A stretch of DNA of 64,000 nucleotides, taken from contig NGBS01000021.1 in assembly GCA_002245135.1 (NCBI GenBank), positions 1 through 64,000 of the forward strand. Direction: 5' to 3'. This document shows, piece by piece, positions 50,701 to 64,000 of this stretch; position 1 is the first letter of the stretch, and each line of letters opens with the position of its first letter. Both the position numbers and the translations under genes were made by a program. The stretch is from Proteromonas lacertae (Eukaryota). Below the pieces are notes generated by a model. The model was given only the letters and a program-made list of their open reading frames with translations. It was not told where the DNA came from and ran no database searches.

Positions 50701-53700
50701 AACATAATGCTCTTTGTTTTCTAATGTAACTATTATATAACCACCATTTCCAGCTGCTCCTTGTAATATTTGTCTTAGTTGTGATTCAGTATTTTCAACT
50801 TTTATACTGTATTCTAGATTACCCATTAATAATATATTTAAATAACCTAAATTTGATACTATAAAATCATTTAATGCAACAGTAAAATTAGACAGTGAAT
50901 GGACTAATAATACGGATGTTACATCTTGAAGAACTCTTCTTACTGTTGCTACTGCGAATTTGACTTGGATGTAATTCACTTGCTATTACATTCTGTGGAC
51001 ATTTCTGACTATAAACATGACCACAGAAAAAGAATAACTTCTTTGAACCTGACATTTCATCAACAATTGTGTCAAAATCATCTGCATCAAATCCACCAAA
51101 TATATAACTAATACTTGCATCACTCAATATTTTAGTGATTAATTTATGATAATTACTTCTATCAGAAGCTAAATCGTATGCTTTATAATATAATTGATAT
51201 TTATTCAGTAATGGCTCATTATTATTTATATATGTTATACCAGATATTACAGCATCAAATATTGGTCTTTCAACACTTCGATGAATGCCAGAAAACGATG
51301 TAATTATTCCAATTAAATAGGTTTCTACTTCACCACCATCTCCTATTAAGGGATTGTCAAAATCACATATCTTATATTTTGTATAATCATTTATCATCTC
51401 ATATGCACTTGGAAAATGAGCATATTTTGTTGAATACATCAATCTACTTACTTTCTTATCATCAATCCAAGATAACATCATTGTTTTACCCATATATTGA
51501 TTATTAGAAAATTGAACTTCACCTTCAGGTGATTCTAATGTTGTTTGTCTTAGTTGTTTTCTTAATGGACCTATTTCAGTTGAATTGATTGTATTTATTG
51601 CTTTGGCCCATAATTTTACTGAAGAATATAAAGATGAAACTATATCATTTAGATAAACTGTCTTTTTATCTATTCTATCCAACATATCATTTTTGAACTG
51701 TTCATTTGCTGGTGAATCATTTTCTAATCTGTAAGAATGAATTATTTCATATCCACCATAATCTGATAATAAAAATGTAGCAGTTGGATCAGACACAACA
51801 ATATGGAAGAATGGTTCTCCAAATTCATATTTATCAATTTCTTTCTTTATTGATGTATAATCTTTTAATGCTCCTTTAAAAATCATGCAGATCCTTTCTC
51901 CTACTTTGTTTTTCAAATCTACATATTCTTTCATATATTTAGCTACTAATTCAAAAGTTAATGCATCATCTACTTTTATATATAATCTATTCAAATAATT
52001 ACTTATATATTGTGCATTATTAGCATCATCTGTATTCATAAAGGCTATTAAAAACCTTGTATAAAATCGATTTGATAAAACATCTAATACTTCATCATAT
52101 AAACTAATATGATGACTAGCAACAAATGTATTTGGTCTACATTTATTAATGTCATATTTATAAATATAGAAAACTAGAATGTTATTCTTTACAAGTTCAC
52201 TTTCAACTTTATCCAAACATTGTCTTCTTACAGAAAAGAATATGGCTAATGGTTTAGATTGAGCAAATTCCAATAATTTTTCTGCACATATATCTGGGTT
52301 TGAAAGTGTATCATAGATTTGAGTCTTTAATTGCATTCCTTTTACTCCTCCTGCATTATTTATTTCATCAATTGCCATTTTAAATGCATCTACTTCACCT
52401 AAGTTATATTCTTGCAATTCACCAGTTAAACATGATTCAAGAACTACTTTTGCAGCATCAATCTTATAATAATTATCATTTTTACCTTTTGGATCAAATG
52501 AACACATATAACCAAATGTTGAATCTATATTCCAACTCCAAGGCATTGGAGATTCTTTATTTACTTTGGAAAAGATTGTTGTTATTTTTTCACCATTTTC
52601 ATCAAATTTTGCTACTACAAATGGTAAAGATACAAAATGACTTTCAGTAAATGAAATATCACCATTACCATCAGTCACTTTACATCTTTTATCTATTAAT
52701 TGAACTTTTATTGCTTCTGCTTCATCTGATTCTAATTGTTCTACAGCTTTCATCCACAATTTTATTGCAGCATATGATGAATCAGCAAATGCAGTTGGAG
52801 TGACACTATAAGTGTATTGATACACCAATGCATTAAATGTCTTAGCTGTTTCTGTATCAACATCATGGAAATAATGGGATAAAAGATAAACATCATGTTT
52901 TGAAGAGGATTTATAGGATAAGTATTTCTCTTCATCTGATACAAAATCAACAAATAAATATTTACTTCGATCTATTCGGAGAGTTTCCATATTATTCAAG
53001 AATAACTGTAGATTATTTTCATCAAATAATATTATTGCTATTATTCCACCATTTTCTATTTGTTGCACAGCAGATGATAATCTATCAAGTGTTGGTGGCA
53101 ATGAATCAGATATTATTAAATCTTCTTCAACTGTTGTAAACATACCACTTCCTTCATCTCTCAGTATTTTTGATACAATTGGAGATTCTACATCATCACC
53201 TGTTACTATTAATAAACTCTTTTCTACATCTATTGTAATTAGATATTCCAACAATCTTGAAACATATTGATTTGGCAATAAACCTAAATAGAATGTATCA
53301 TTTCGACATTCTTGACCTATAAATTTCTCTGGATAAAAGTAAAGAAGATTAGTATAATCATTCATTACATTTTGCACATGTTCTTTACAATCTGTATTAG
53401 AACAACCTACTATAACTTTCACATCATACTCATCTATTGCCTTTATTATTTCTTTTTCAACATCTGCTCTTGATGAATCTAAATTTATTATCACTGGCAA
53501 TGCAATATGTTCATTTAATGGACCTAAATCAATTCTCTCATGCAATGCTGTTAATGCACCATATAATCCTTCTCTATCTCTCTCTGTATCTAAACCTGAA
53601 ATTGAATATAATAATGCAACATAATATGGCTGATATGAACTATAATAGTCATTCTGAATATCACACCACAGTAAATTACTTTTTGAATATAAGGATATAA

Positions 53701-56700
53701 ACGGTAAATTAATAATCAATTGTTGTGACATATAATCTAATTCTTTTTCACCTTCAGACATTTTTACACCTTTCCATATCAACACTTTACTCTTTAAGTT
53801 ATTGTCTGACTCAAATCTTAATCTTCCAAGTATTGTATCTACATCTGTTGAATAAGCATATTTCTTAAAAGCATCTTTATCTGTTGAACCAGCTTTTGTT
53901 AATATAGCTGATAAATATTCAATACCTATTTCACCTCTTATAGAATTTTGATCAATTGAAGTTATAAAAGAAAATTTTGAAAAGAATTCTGAATCAAATT
54001 TTGCTTTTAATGGTCTTCCTATTTCATCATTTATATCAACAGTATTAATATAATAATGACCATTAAATGCATCACCTATTTCTTTAGCAGCTGCTCCATC
54101 AAGATTCATATTTATAGTAACATATTTTGGAGGTAGTAATTTGTATTTTGCCAAACTAGTGATAAACAAAGATGCTGATGGACCTTCTAGAAATGATACT
54201 AACAAAGTATAACCAGTTAATTTGTATTGCATGAAATTAACTATAGCATCCATATCATTATTTTCTAATGGTAAGGCTAATTCTATATCAAAAGATATTT
54301 GATAGTTCGATAATTCATCCTTTATATGACTAGCTAATGATTGTGAAAATGTTCTTTTAGAATATAACAATACCAAATTCTTCTGTCTATGAGCAATAAT
54401 CCAATGTAATAAAACATAATATGAAGTAGTTGGAAGACCACAATAGAAACAGGTTTTACAACATGTCTTTCCTTCATAATCAATTGGAATAAATATACTT
54501 CCATCAATTTCTTCAGTAACTTCTTGTAGAATTTCTCTAGCATTCTTCTCAAAACCTCCAAAGAAATAATAGGTATTATATTCTTTAACATATTTCATTA
54601 TTGTATTTCTTGTTTTAGTATTATCATCTGTAGCTGTAAATGCAATTACATTTATATATTTATTCAATATTCCACCATTTTCTAAATTCAATTTATCTGC
54701 TGTTAATTTTATAGCTGCAAAATAGGGAATTGAATCTTGGAAATAAACATCTCTATATGGCAATACTATTCCTATATTGAATGGTTCTTTGGTGTATTTC
54801 TCACCCAATCCATCTCTTATATTACATAAATAGATAGTTTCTGGATTCCAATCTGTGTAATATGGTTCTGGTTGATATGATTTGGATATTGTATCATATG
54901 GAATGATATAACCATTTGGCGATATTTTACCTATATATAATGGTAAATTCAAATGATTATTGGAATAAAACTTAAGTGTTCCTAATTCTGTTTCAGTTTC
55001 TACTTCATATAATTGTTTCTTTATTGCATCAGTAGTGAATTCTGGACTATTTCTTGCTGCATTTATTAATATCTTCAATGTATCATAAACAACAATATCA
55101 GCAAAATCAGGGAATGTTCCATTTCCAGATGCAAAAGAATAAGAAGTTAAGAATTTGTTTATTGATTCAGATCCATCATCTACAAATGGAGTAACAACAA
55201 AATGACCAGCAGCATGTTCATCAAATTTTAAATGATTCTCATGAAGCATATAAACTGTATATTTCTTTACACATTCTTCATTACTAGGATATAATCTACA
55301 GATTTTATTATAGAATATTTCAAAGAATTTTTCTGCATTTGTTTGATAGAATAAAGCAATTACTAATGCACCTGTTGAGGAAGTATGATATAAATCACTT
55401 ATTTTTAAACTCAAATCTTTATCAAAGTTTTTATCATCTATTGCATATTCATTATATGATAATTCTAATCCTTCTAACATTGATTTCATTAAATGAACTC
55501 TATTTTTATATCTTGTTACATTTGTATAGATTATACTAATTGGTAATCTATTGTTGAGACTTGAGATATATAACACAAATGGTAATATTAATTGATTTTG
55601 TGTTGGATAAGAATAATAAACAGATGTTTGACATTGATTTCCATTGTTATAACCAACAGACATAAATAATGACTTTTGAGGTAAAGCAGGAATGATCGCA
55701 TCTTTAACTTCATGATCACAGTTTGATATTATATACTGAATATCTCTTTGTTGTAATCTAATCAACAAAGCAGCTGCATCATCTTGATTTGCAGGACAAT
55801 CATGTAATTCATAGTTTATAAATCTTCCTTGAACTCCACCATCATGATTAAATGATGCTATTAATTCTATTTGAGCTAAATAAGTATAATGATATGCTAT
55901 GTTATAATCACTTCCAGTAATTGGAAATATTATTGCAATACCCATTATTGTATCTTCTATTTCTATTCTGGGTGGATCAATTGAAAAATCACTTGTTATA
56001 TATTTATTATCATGAATCAAGTAAAGATAAGGATTTGGGTTAATTGGAGATAAAATTCGAATGAATGTCTTAATCACTCTCTTTTCAAAATACTGTAAAT
56101 AGGATGGTAAAGACATATAATTGTTTTTAGACACTTTTACTTCACCTTGTGGACTTTTTATCACATTATTATAGAAATAGGTTCTTAAGGTAAAACTACT
56201 TAAATCTTCAGGATTAGTTTCTAAGGCTGCTTTGATTGCTATTAATGCATCATATAAACCTAATTGAAAATCAGCTGTCAAAGATTTATTATCTCCTTTA
56301 TATTTCTGAAGTATACTTAAAAATAACAGATTATCTTCATTTTCTACATCTGTTGAATAAATTGAAGTAAAATAAACATCATCTAAATAATCCTCATCTT
56401 CAGCAGAATAAAGAACTTCTTCAGTATAATCAGATAGGATTATTGTATCTGCCATTGTATTACCTGTATCATTCTTATAATCTCTATATGCTTTAACAAA
56501 TTCATATGAATCTCCTTTTATACAAGTTATTATTGTTACTGTTACATGATTTTCATCTGCATATTTGATTATTTCTTCAGCAACTGCTGTGAAATTATGA
56601 TTGTCTTTCTGTAAAGCAATTTCATGATTCACTTCATTAAAAGCACCTGTATATTCTTGAAAGTAAGTAAAGATGTTTTTACTATCTTTATCATCAGTAT

Positions 56701-59440
56701 AATACACAATTATCTGTTTAAATCCAAGTGCAAAACTAACATGCACAATTGGTGGAACATTTTGATTTGGAATACTATTTGCTTGGATTATATTCTGATA
56801 AGAAACTTCACCACCACTTGGAGTTAGACTAAACAATAATTTGTCTTGCTTTATTAATATATCAGATAAGGCATCTCTTTCTTCTGGAGTTTTTGTACCA
56901 CAATAGAATAAGACACTTGAATCATTCTCATAACTCTTTACTTGTTGTTGTAATTCTTCTATTGAATTATAATGAAAGTATAATGGAATGATTTCTCTTC
57001 CATTTATTCCTCCATCTTGATTGACAATATCAAATATTACATTCAAATGATCCATTATTACATTATTAATATATGTATGTTTATCATAAATCAAACCAAT
57101 TTTGTATTGTGGAAGATCTACTATTTGAACTACACCATTAGTATAAGCACATTTTACTGTTTTATTATGAATAGTAAATACTCTATCATTTGATATTTGA
57201 TTCAATATATGATCAGAATCAAATCTTTCTTTCAGTTGAAATATCCCTAATTTTCCTTGAGCATAACCACTATAATATATTTCATATTGATCATATGCAG
57301 GATTTTGAACTGCTTGATGATAAATATATTCTTTGTAATATGATGGTAAATAGGAATATGCAGATTGAATTGATTGTTGTAATAATGAAAAGACATTAAT
57401 TATCAAACCAAATTCTGGACACATTGGTATTTCTCTTCCTAATAAAGTCAAAAAATAATCTCTATATGGATCAACTAATTCAGATGACATGTTGTTACTT
57501 GAATGAGCTAAATAATAATAACCTTCTACATTGTAAGTAAATGTTTCATCATAGTCATTTTGTGATACAAATGATTCATCAAGATTATAAGCAATTACAC
57601 TGAAATTGTTGTTTATATTAATGTTATTCTCATTAAATGCTTTGAATAAATTGTTGAAATACCATTCTTCTGCTACAACAAATACACCAACTTTATCACC
57701 ACTTTCTACTGTCATATTTGATACAGTTCTTGTCACATTCAAAGCAGAATATTCATCATTATCTATCATATATGATATTACTATCATCTTTTCATCATAT
57801 CCTCTTGATACTAATTCATTCACCAATAATTCAACACTCTTTTCACCATATTCAGTTCTTGTTCCAACTACAATCATTCTGTTAAATTCATTTGTCTTTT
57901 GAACAAAATCAGCTGTCATTTTAGCATACATACTTGTCAAAAAATTGCCAAATATTACATTATCTTCACAATAATCACCTGCTGTTTTACCAATATAAAA
58001 CAATTGAATGTCATATGGTCTTAATGCACCAGCTAAATCTTTCATTTTATCAGGTTCAGCAAACATAAATAATGTGTGTAAATTTGATTCATTATAGTAA
58101 CCTAATATTTTACTTGTCATTGCTTCAACACCTGTATCTGAATCAATTGGAATTCCAGTTATTTTCATACCCTAATAAATCATCCTATTACATAGAATAG
58201 AAATAATAAAATATACTTCTAATCTGCTTATCATTTTCATGAACAAATATTCTTATTAATTTCATTTTAAAGTCTTTCATTCTAATCACAAATCCAATTG
58301 GCAAATAAGAAAGAGTTTCATTTCCATCTTCTTGAGAAGTTAGGAAATTACATCCTTCAGTTTCTAATTTTCCATAATACTGACTTGGAGTGAAGGATTT
58401 CTTTTCTCTTATTGTATATGCAGCTTTTAAATCACTTCCATCTTTCTTAACAAGATAAAATGGTGTTGATAAATAATGATTAGATAATAAATACATTGTT
58501 CCTCCCAAATATTCAATTGGTTTGTCATATAATAAAGATAGAAATGTGTGAATTTCAGTTGCAGGATATTTGGTTGATTGTTCAAATATTTTTGTTAAAA
58601 TACCAATCAAAACGACTTCATCAAATGAGGATGGATCTTTATCTAACCTATAATCAGTTATGATGTTATTTGGATCAGCTTCACTTCCTGTAAAACCAGA
58701 AACATATAAATTCTGTAAGTTATCCGCTACATTTAAATCTTTGAAAGATATTCCTCCTGGAAGATATACTATTGGATGCATATCATCATTCTCATTCGCA
58801 CTAATTCTAGCAGATATAATATTATCTATTTTCGCTTTACTAAATGTTGTTAATGTTGCAGTTTTAGGATATTTTGATAATGCATCTAAGTATTTTGCTT
58901 CATCGTATGTAGATTCAGTAGCATTATACACAATGGTAATACCATATAAATGAGCAGAATATTCAAATCTTTCTAGATAGAATTGATCATAAACTCCATC
59001 TCCCATCAATAACACAACTTTACCATTATCAATTATTGATATTATCGAAAATACTAAATAAAATATATTATGAATATCATACAGTCATCAATTACAGGAA
59101 TCACTGATATACCACTGATGAACGATTTTGAACATCTTCCTGTGCTTACAGTATTTAAACACCAAATGATTAACTTATCATTAGATAGCTCATCTGTTTT
59201 CCAATCAAACATCTCTTCAGTACAAACGGCAAAGGCTAAATTCCTATCATCATCTACAATGCTCTTAGTAGCTGTCTTAAAATCATTTTCACCTGAATAT
59301 GAATAGGCATTATAATCAAATCCATCATTGAGTTGTTTGAATTTTTCAAATATTGCAGTGTAATCTGTATCAGATGTAGTCTTCAAATATGCTATTTCAA
59401 GGGAATAGCAAGTTGTTAAAAGTGTTAAAAAGAGCAACAT
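47743..59440 (-). CDS. Giant class C-type (GABA-B-like 7TM) GPCR with about nine tandem periplasmic-binding-protein (UrtA/AmiC-like) domains
   Basis: Signal peptide at 59440; intron 59054-59082; unresolved junction at ~58170-58235; one-base frameshift at ~50960. 7TM at ~48950-48190 with IRTSSPLF, CRVWL, KAWRI and EFNES motifs. Confidence 0.85.
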
Positions 59441-59534
59441 CTAAATAGAATTGAAATAACGATTCAAAACGTCAAATTCTGATCTTCCTTTTATATTCCC
59501 CAAATGAAAAAATAAAGAGAATATAATCCACTAT

Positions 59535-62500
59535 TTAATATCGGTATGATCTATTATGACTATCTTCAGATAGTATTTTGTGATTAATTTCTTCTATCAA
59601 TAAATTATTTGTCCACAAATGTTTCAAATACTCATATCTTTTGATATCTAGATGCATCAACGAATTTGCAAGTCTTGGATTAACTTCACCATAATTATCA
59701 ATATAAGGCTTGATCAAACACACAGATGCTTCTTTATACAGTAAAATGATCTAAATAGCAACAAATATATGAAATAGATATACAGAATTCGAATCAAATA
59801 TATATAATATTCCCAATTCGCCATGATAGTTAGTTGTATGTATTGTGCCTTCACCTTTTCCATTTTTGTCTTTACAACAGTTAGACTTAGGACATATCAT
59901 CTTACCACATAATAAACATATACCTTTACCTGTTTTTAAAGGACAAACATCACAATGCTATTTAAAGAAATATATAATAATAATAATTATTATATACTTG
60001 TTTTGAATACTGTTTAATTAATTGATTTCTACTAACTGGCAAATCAAATAATACATTTTGTAATGGAATTCTCAATACTGAACAATCATAATAATTATAA
60101 CTCTTCATTAAATAACTCGTAATTTCAACAGTGGATGGATATAACAATCTATCTAAATAGAAGAATTTAAATAAACCAGTAGCTGTTAAATCTTTAAAAT
60201 CAAACACGTTTGATGTGTTAGATATACATTCCCATAGTAAGTAACATAACTGACTAATATGAAACAAGGAATCATTGAGAATTGTGTTTAACTGATTAAT
60301 AGAAAAATATCGTTGTTCAATTACATTTGTTTCAACTAAATAACATACAAAACTATGAATAACACTACAACAACTCTCTTCTTCTTTATTTCTAATTATT
60401 GTTTCATTACAATAACATCCATTGTCTATTAACCAGAAAAGAACTGACATTTGAAACTTTATTAATAAATTAAAATATGATGTATTACTATTACATTTAA
60501 ATAAATCAAATAGCAATCTACAGAATGGATCAGAGAGTAAATTAGAATCAATTTTCAAGGCAGATTTATAGATATGATACTGTATTGTTAAGAATAAACT
60601 TTGAATAGGCTTGAATGGTTCAAACTTTCTTTTGATCAAAATATAATGTTGCAAATTAAACACTAAGTAAGTGAGTAGATCTTCTGGCTTATCTGCTTTA
60701 ATACTATTAATATATTGCAGTGAAGGTAATGATGGGAATGGATAGCTATATCTCCACAAAGTATAATAATTATTATTATTGTAAGAACTAGATGGAGATG
60801 ATGAAGATGATGATGTTGTTAATGAAAATAGTAATAATTCATTTATATCTGGTTTAACAATATGACCTTCATATGGAGATGGTAGAATAAGATTATAAAA
60901 CATTTTGCAATATAAACTATATAATAATAATATATATATTATATATATATATATACCAATAGTCATATTCATCACCATCTACATCATTAAATGGTGATTC
61001 TATCGAATGCCTCATATAATTCCTTTCCATTGATTTATAACAACTAGAATGACAATAATGACCACAATAATTGAACATTTTTATCTTTGTATTGTAAAGA
61101 GGTGTAATTTGATGAAATGCGAAGAATATAAATGGATTATCGTATGTCTCAGTCTGTTTACATACTAAACAGAGTCTTATATTAGAAAGATCATTTGGAT
61201 TAATATCACCAAATACAGATGATGAGGGGATTAATGCGTCTATTATTGTATTCTCTTCAATATGGTTTAGTTTGGAGAATTTCTGTTGTTTTTTCTTCAT
61301 TTCTGCCATTCTTCTTTCAATCATTGTATTCTTTGTATTTTTCATTTCTTTTTGTTTTGCCTTATTTCTGTTTGCTATTGTTTTTATACTGATTTTTCTA
61401 CTTTGAATATTAGACTGAACATATTTCAATATTTCATTATTAGTTAAATTAATTTGAACGGAATTAATAATTTCAATCATCTCTTGATGTTGCAGTATAA
61501 AATTAAAGAAATTGTTGGAATTAAAATAGATTGCACGATGAATCATACTCAAGCATTCATAAGTAACAGTTTTAGAATTCCTATTCAAATATAATAAATA
61601 CTTCCATAACATTCCATAATATGTATTTGAACCATAAACATTATTCAATATATCAAAATCAGGTGAAGAAAAATTATAACAACTATTTAATGAATCAAAT
61701 GAAAATGGTATATGATCAACTTTAAAATTGAAAATTATATAATTTTCAATTGAAAAGTTGTTCATTTTTGGTTTATAATGACTGTTTATCTTATACAATG
61801 ACGGTTCTTTTATACTTTTATTCTCAACACTACAATTACATTCATTTATTATCCTATAACAAATATTTGAAATTTCTGTTTTAGATTCATTATTCATATG
61901 GAAATAATTCTTTACACTTTCCACAATCTTTCCAAATGACATTGATTGAAAGTACAATTTATTAATAATGAAGGATTTAATTCGATTATAATTATACTCT
62001 TCTATTTTACAGTTATTATTTGGAATATAATTGTTATTGAACAAGATAAATATAAAATATATAAATTGTATAACATAGAAGTCTTTATATTCACATTTAT
62101 TAATTTGAAACATTCCAAATCTCTTCATTATATATGCTAATGGATCATCTAAACCAGTAAGGAAGATCTGAAGATAGTGTATAAATATTTCTATATTGTT
62201 CATTGTGTATAGTGATCTTATTCTCTATAATTAATAAAAAAATGATTAAAAATACATAAAATTTCAAAATATTACCGTTTCTAATCCACATATTTGATCT
62301 GGCTTGAACATCAACAATCTAAATAAATACACATAAAGCATGAATAATATATACAAATAATCTAAGTGGTCCTTCTATCATTAATATTATTTGTTCATTA
62401 TCCATATCACAAATTATATCATTCAACGTAATTATGCCATTAGTTATTCCATATTCAGCTATAATACTATACAAATACTCCAAAGGCCAAAAGAAGCTAG

Positions 62501-64000
62501 CATTTGTTAAATAAGGATGAAAATTCGATTTACATTTGTTAAAATAATGACAATTTGACTGAAGTATATTTCCTTGAATAATTTTTAGTATTTTCATAAT
62601 ATAATCTCTATTCTTTGTCATTGTAAAGAATATAGAAATGGTATTAATAATGGAATATAATGAGAGAAGCGTATAGTTATTATATAAATGATTGATTTTA
62701 TCTAAGTCTTGAAGAATGTGCATTCTTATATATCTCTTTATATTACAGTGATTCTATGGATTAATTATTACATATATAAATAATATACATAACTTTCAAC
62801 TAGTAAATTAAGATATGATACAATATTTTCATCAATTTTAAGTTGATAAAATATTTCAGAAGATTCCAAGTCTGGTTTGAATAAACTAAAATTGGATATA
62901 TATTTCATGAATTCTACATTGATAAACTTTTTGAATAAACTACTTGTCATTCGTAGATTAAGGTTTATAGCATGATTATAAAAGAACTATTAATAAATAA
63001 TAATAATAATAATAAAGTAAATATACTGGAAATATCTTTAAATAATCACAAATACCTTTTTCTCTCTTCAACAATTCTATAGTAACTTCTTCATTTAATA
63101 ATTGGTATAAATTATGTGATTGTAATGTATATAAACCATGATGCATTTTAATTTGACATATTTGATATTGATATAAACTAATTAATACATTAATATATTC
63201 AATTTTGAAGTCTATATCGCTTACTAGTGACAATATATTTTCAATTAATTGACAATCATTGGGGAATAGTCTTTGAGATATTTTTACAAATAAATATAAC
63301 AATGATTTTGATCCAACATTCTTCTTTTCAATCTAATTAATATATTAATAATATATATATATATATATATATATACAAATAATCTACCTACAATATTAGA
63401 AAACTGTTGATTTGTATAAGCTGTATTAAATAACCACTTCAAACATACTTCAAACATTTTATGATGTAAGAATTGAGTTTTATCCATTATTACATAGGAA
63501 GGATAATTAGAAGAAAAAAATCTATCTATTTCTAATTGTTGTATATTTCTATATATAATTTTATTGTTATTTAATAGGGATTGAACTTCATCATTAATAT
63601 CATCGTTTGACTTTGTGATAAATATGTTTTCTATACATTCTCTAGCACTTTCACGAGTTAAAAAATAATTAGATAATATAATTAAATGTGAATGAGGTTT
63701 ATATCTCTGTGAAGCGAACAATTTAACATATTCCATAAAATATGAATGTATAAATGACAGTATTTCTCTACATGTTTCTTCATAAGCACAGATCGTTTTT
63801 TCTTGCATTATATAAGAGATCTCACCACTATAAAATCAATATACAAAAACTATACGAGTGTTCTGGACATGAATGAGATTTGATAATGTATGCATCATCG
63901 CCACAATCACATTTTCCATCTTGATAATGTAAGTAAGTGTAAGAATGGCCTAAATGTTCTTCTTCTCGAAAACACTCCAAACAATACACACTATCATTCA
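59535..64000 (-). CDS. UBR1/2-type N-recognin E3 ubiquitin ligase (5' end beyond window), multi-exon
   Basis: UBR box CLECF...H.GH...CDCGD...CPEH at ~63865-63990; RING CLVC...CGHYCHSSC; C-terminal CLLCG and PYIDNYGE motifs. Confidence 0.85.

Noticed and set aside
50953..50965. 13-nt GT-AG micro-intron or programmed frameshift repairing the GPCR frame
   Set aside because: Much shorter than other introns here and it would delete the conserved PSQ motif; a single extra A is more parsimonious.
34370..63375. (TA)n microsatellites at ~34370, 39055, 39345, 46290, 60930 and 63355
   Set aside because: Ordinary low-complexity tracts, mostly in introns of an AT-rich genome.
1..64000. CRISPR arrays, rRNA or tRNA genes
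   Set aside because: No repeat-spacer periodicity or recognisable structured RNA gene seen by eye.

Overview
Very AT-rich eukaryotic (protist) DNA. It is gene-dense with tiny GT-AG introns (about 24-33 nt) and has TGTTTGTT motifs downstream of some genes. This suggests the Blastocystis/Proteromonas (Opalinata) lineage, which is an inference. (1) Positions 1 to ~12.3 kb look like the right part of an endogenous Polinton/Polinton-like virus. It has a penton-major capsid-A32 ATPase-fibre-like module, two Arg-rich GG-punctuated core-like proteins with amphipathic helices, an AT-hook protein and a 605-bp palindrome. (2) 12.5-40.2 kb is host genes: a giant Ig/PA14 surface protein, Nudix hydrolase, thioredoxin, PIG-T, two flagellar genes, a SAM methyltransferase, DNAJC3 and four R3H-DEAH helicase paralogues whose ATPase cores are mosaic and near-identical at the nucleotide level. 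(3) 40356-47714 is a complete hAT transposon (8-bp TSD). Its BED-finger exon is split by a complete nested Ginger/TDD-like element (42325-46931, 5-bp TSD) encoding a spliced integrase-double-Ulp1 fusion. (4) 47743-59440 is a ~3,900-aa class C-type GPCR with about nine tandem UrtA/AmiC-like ligand-binding domains. (5) A partial UBR E3 ligase gene ends the window. Many single-base frameshifts are present and may be assembly errors. All domain calls are by motif recognition, not database searches.
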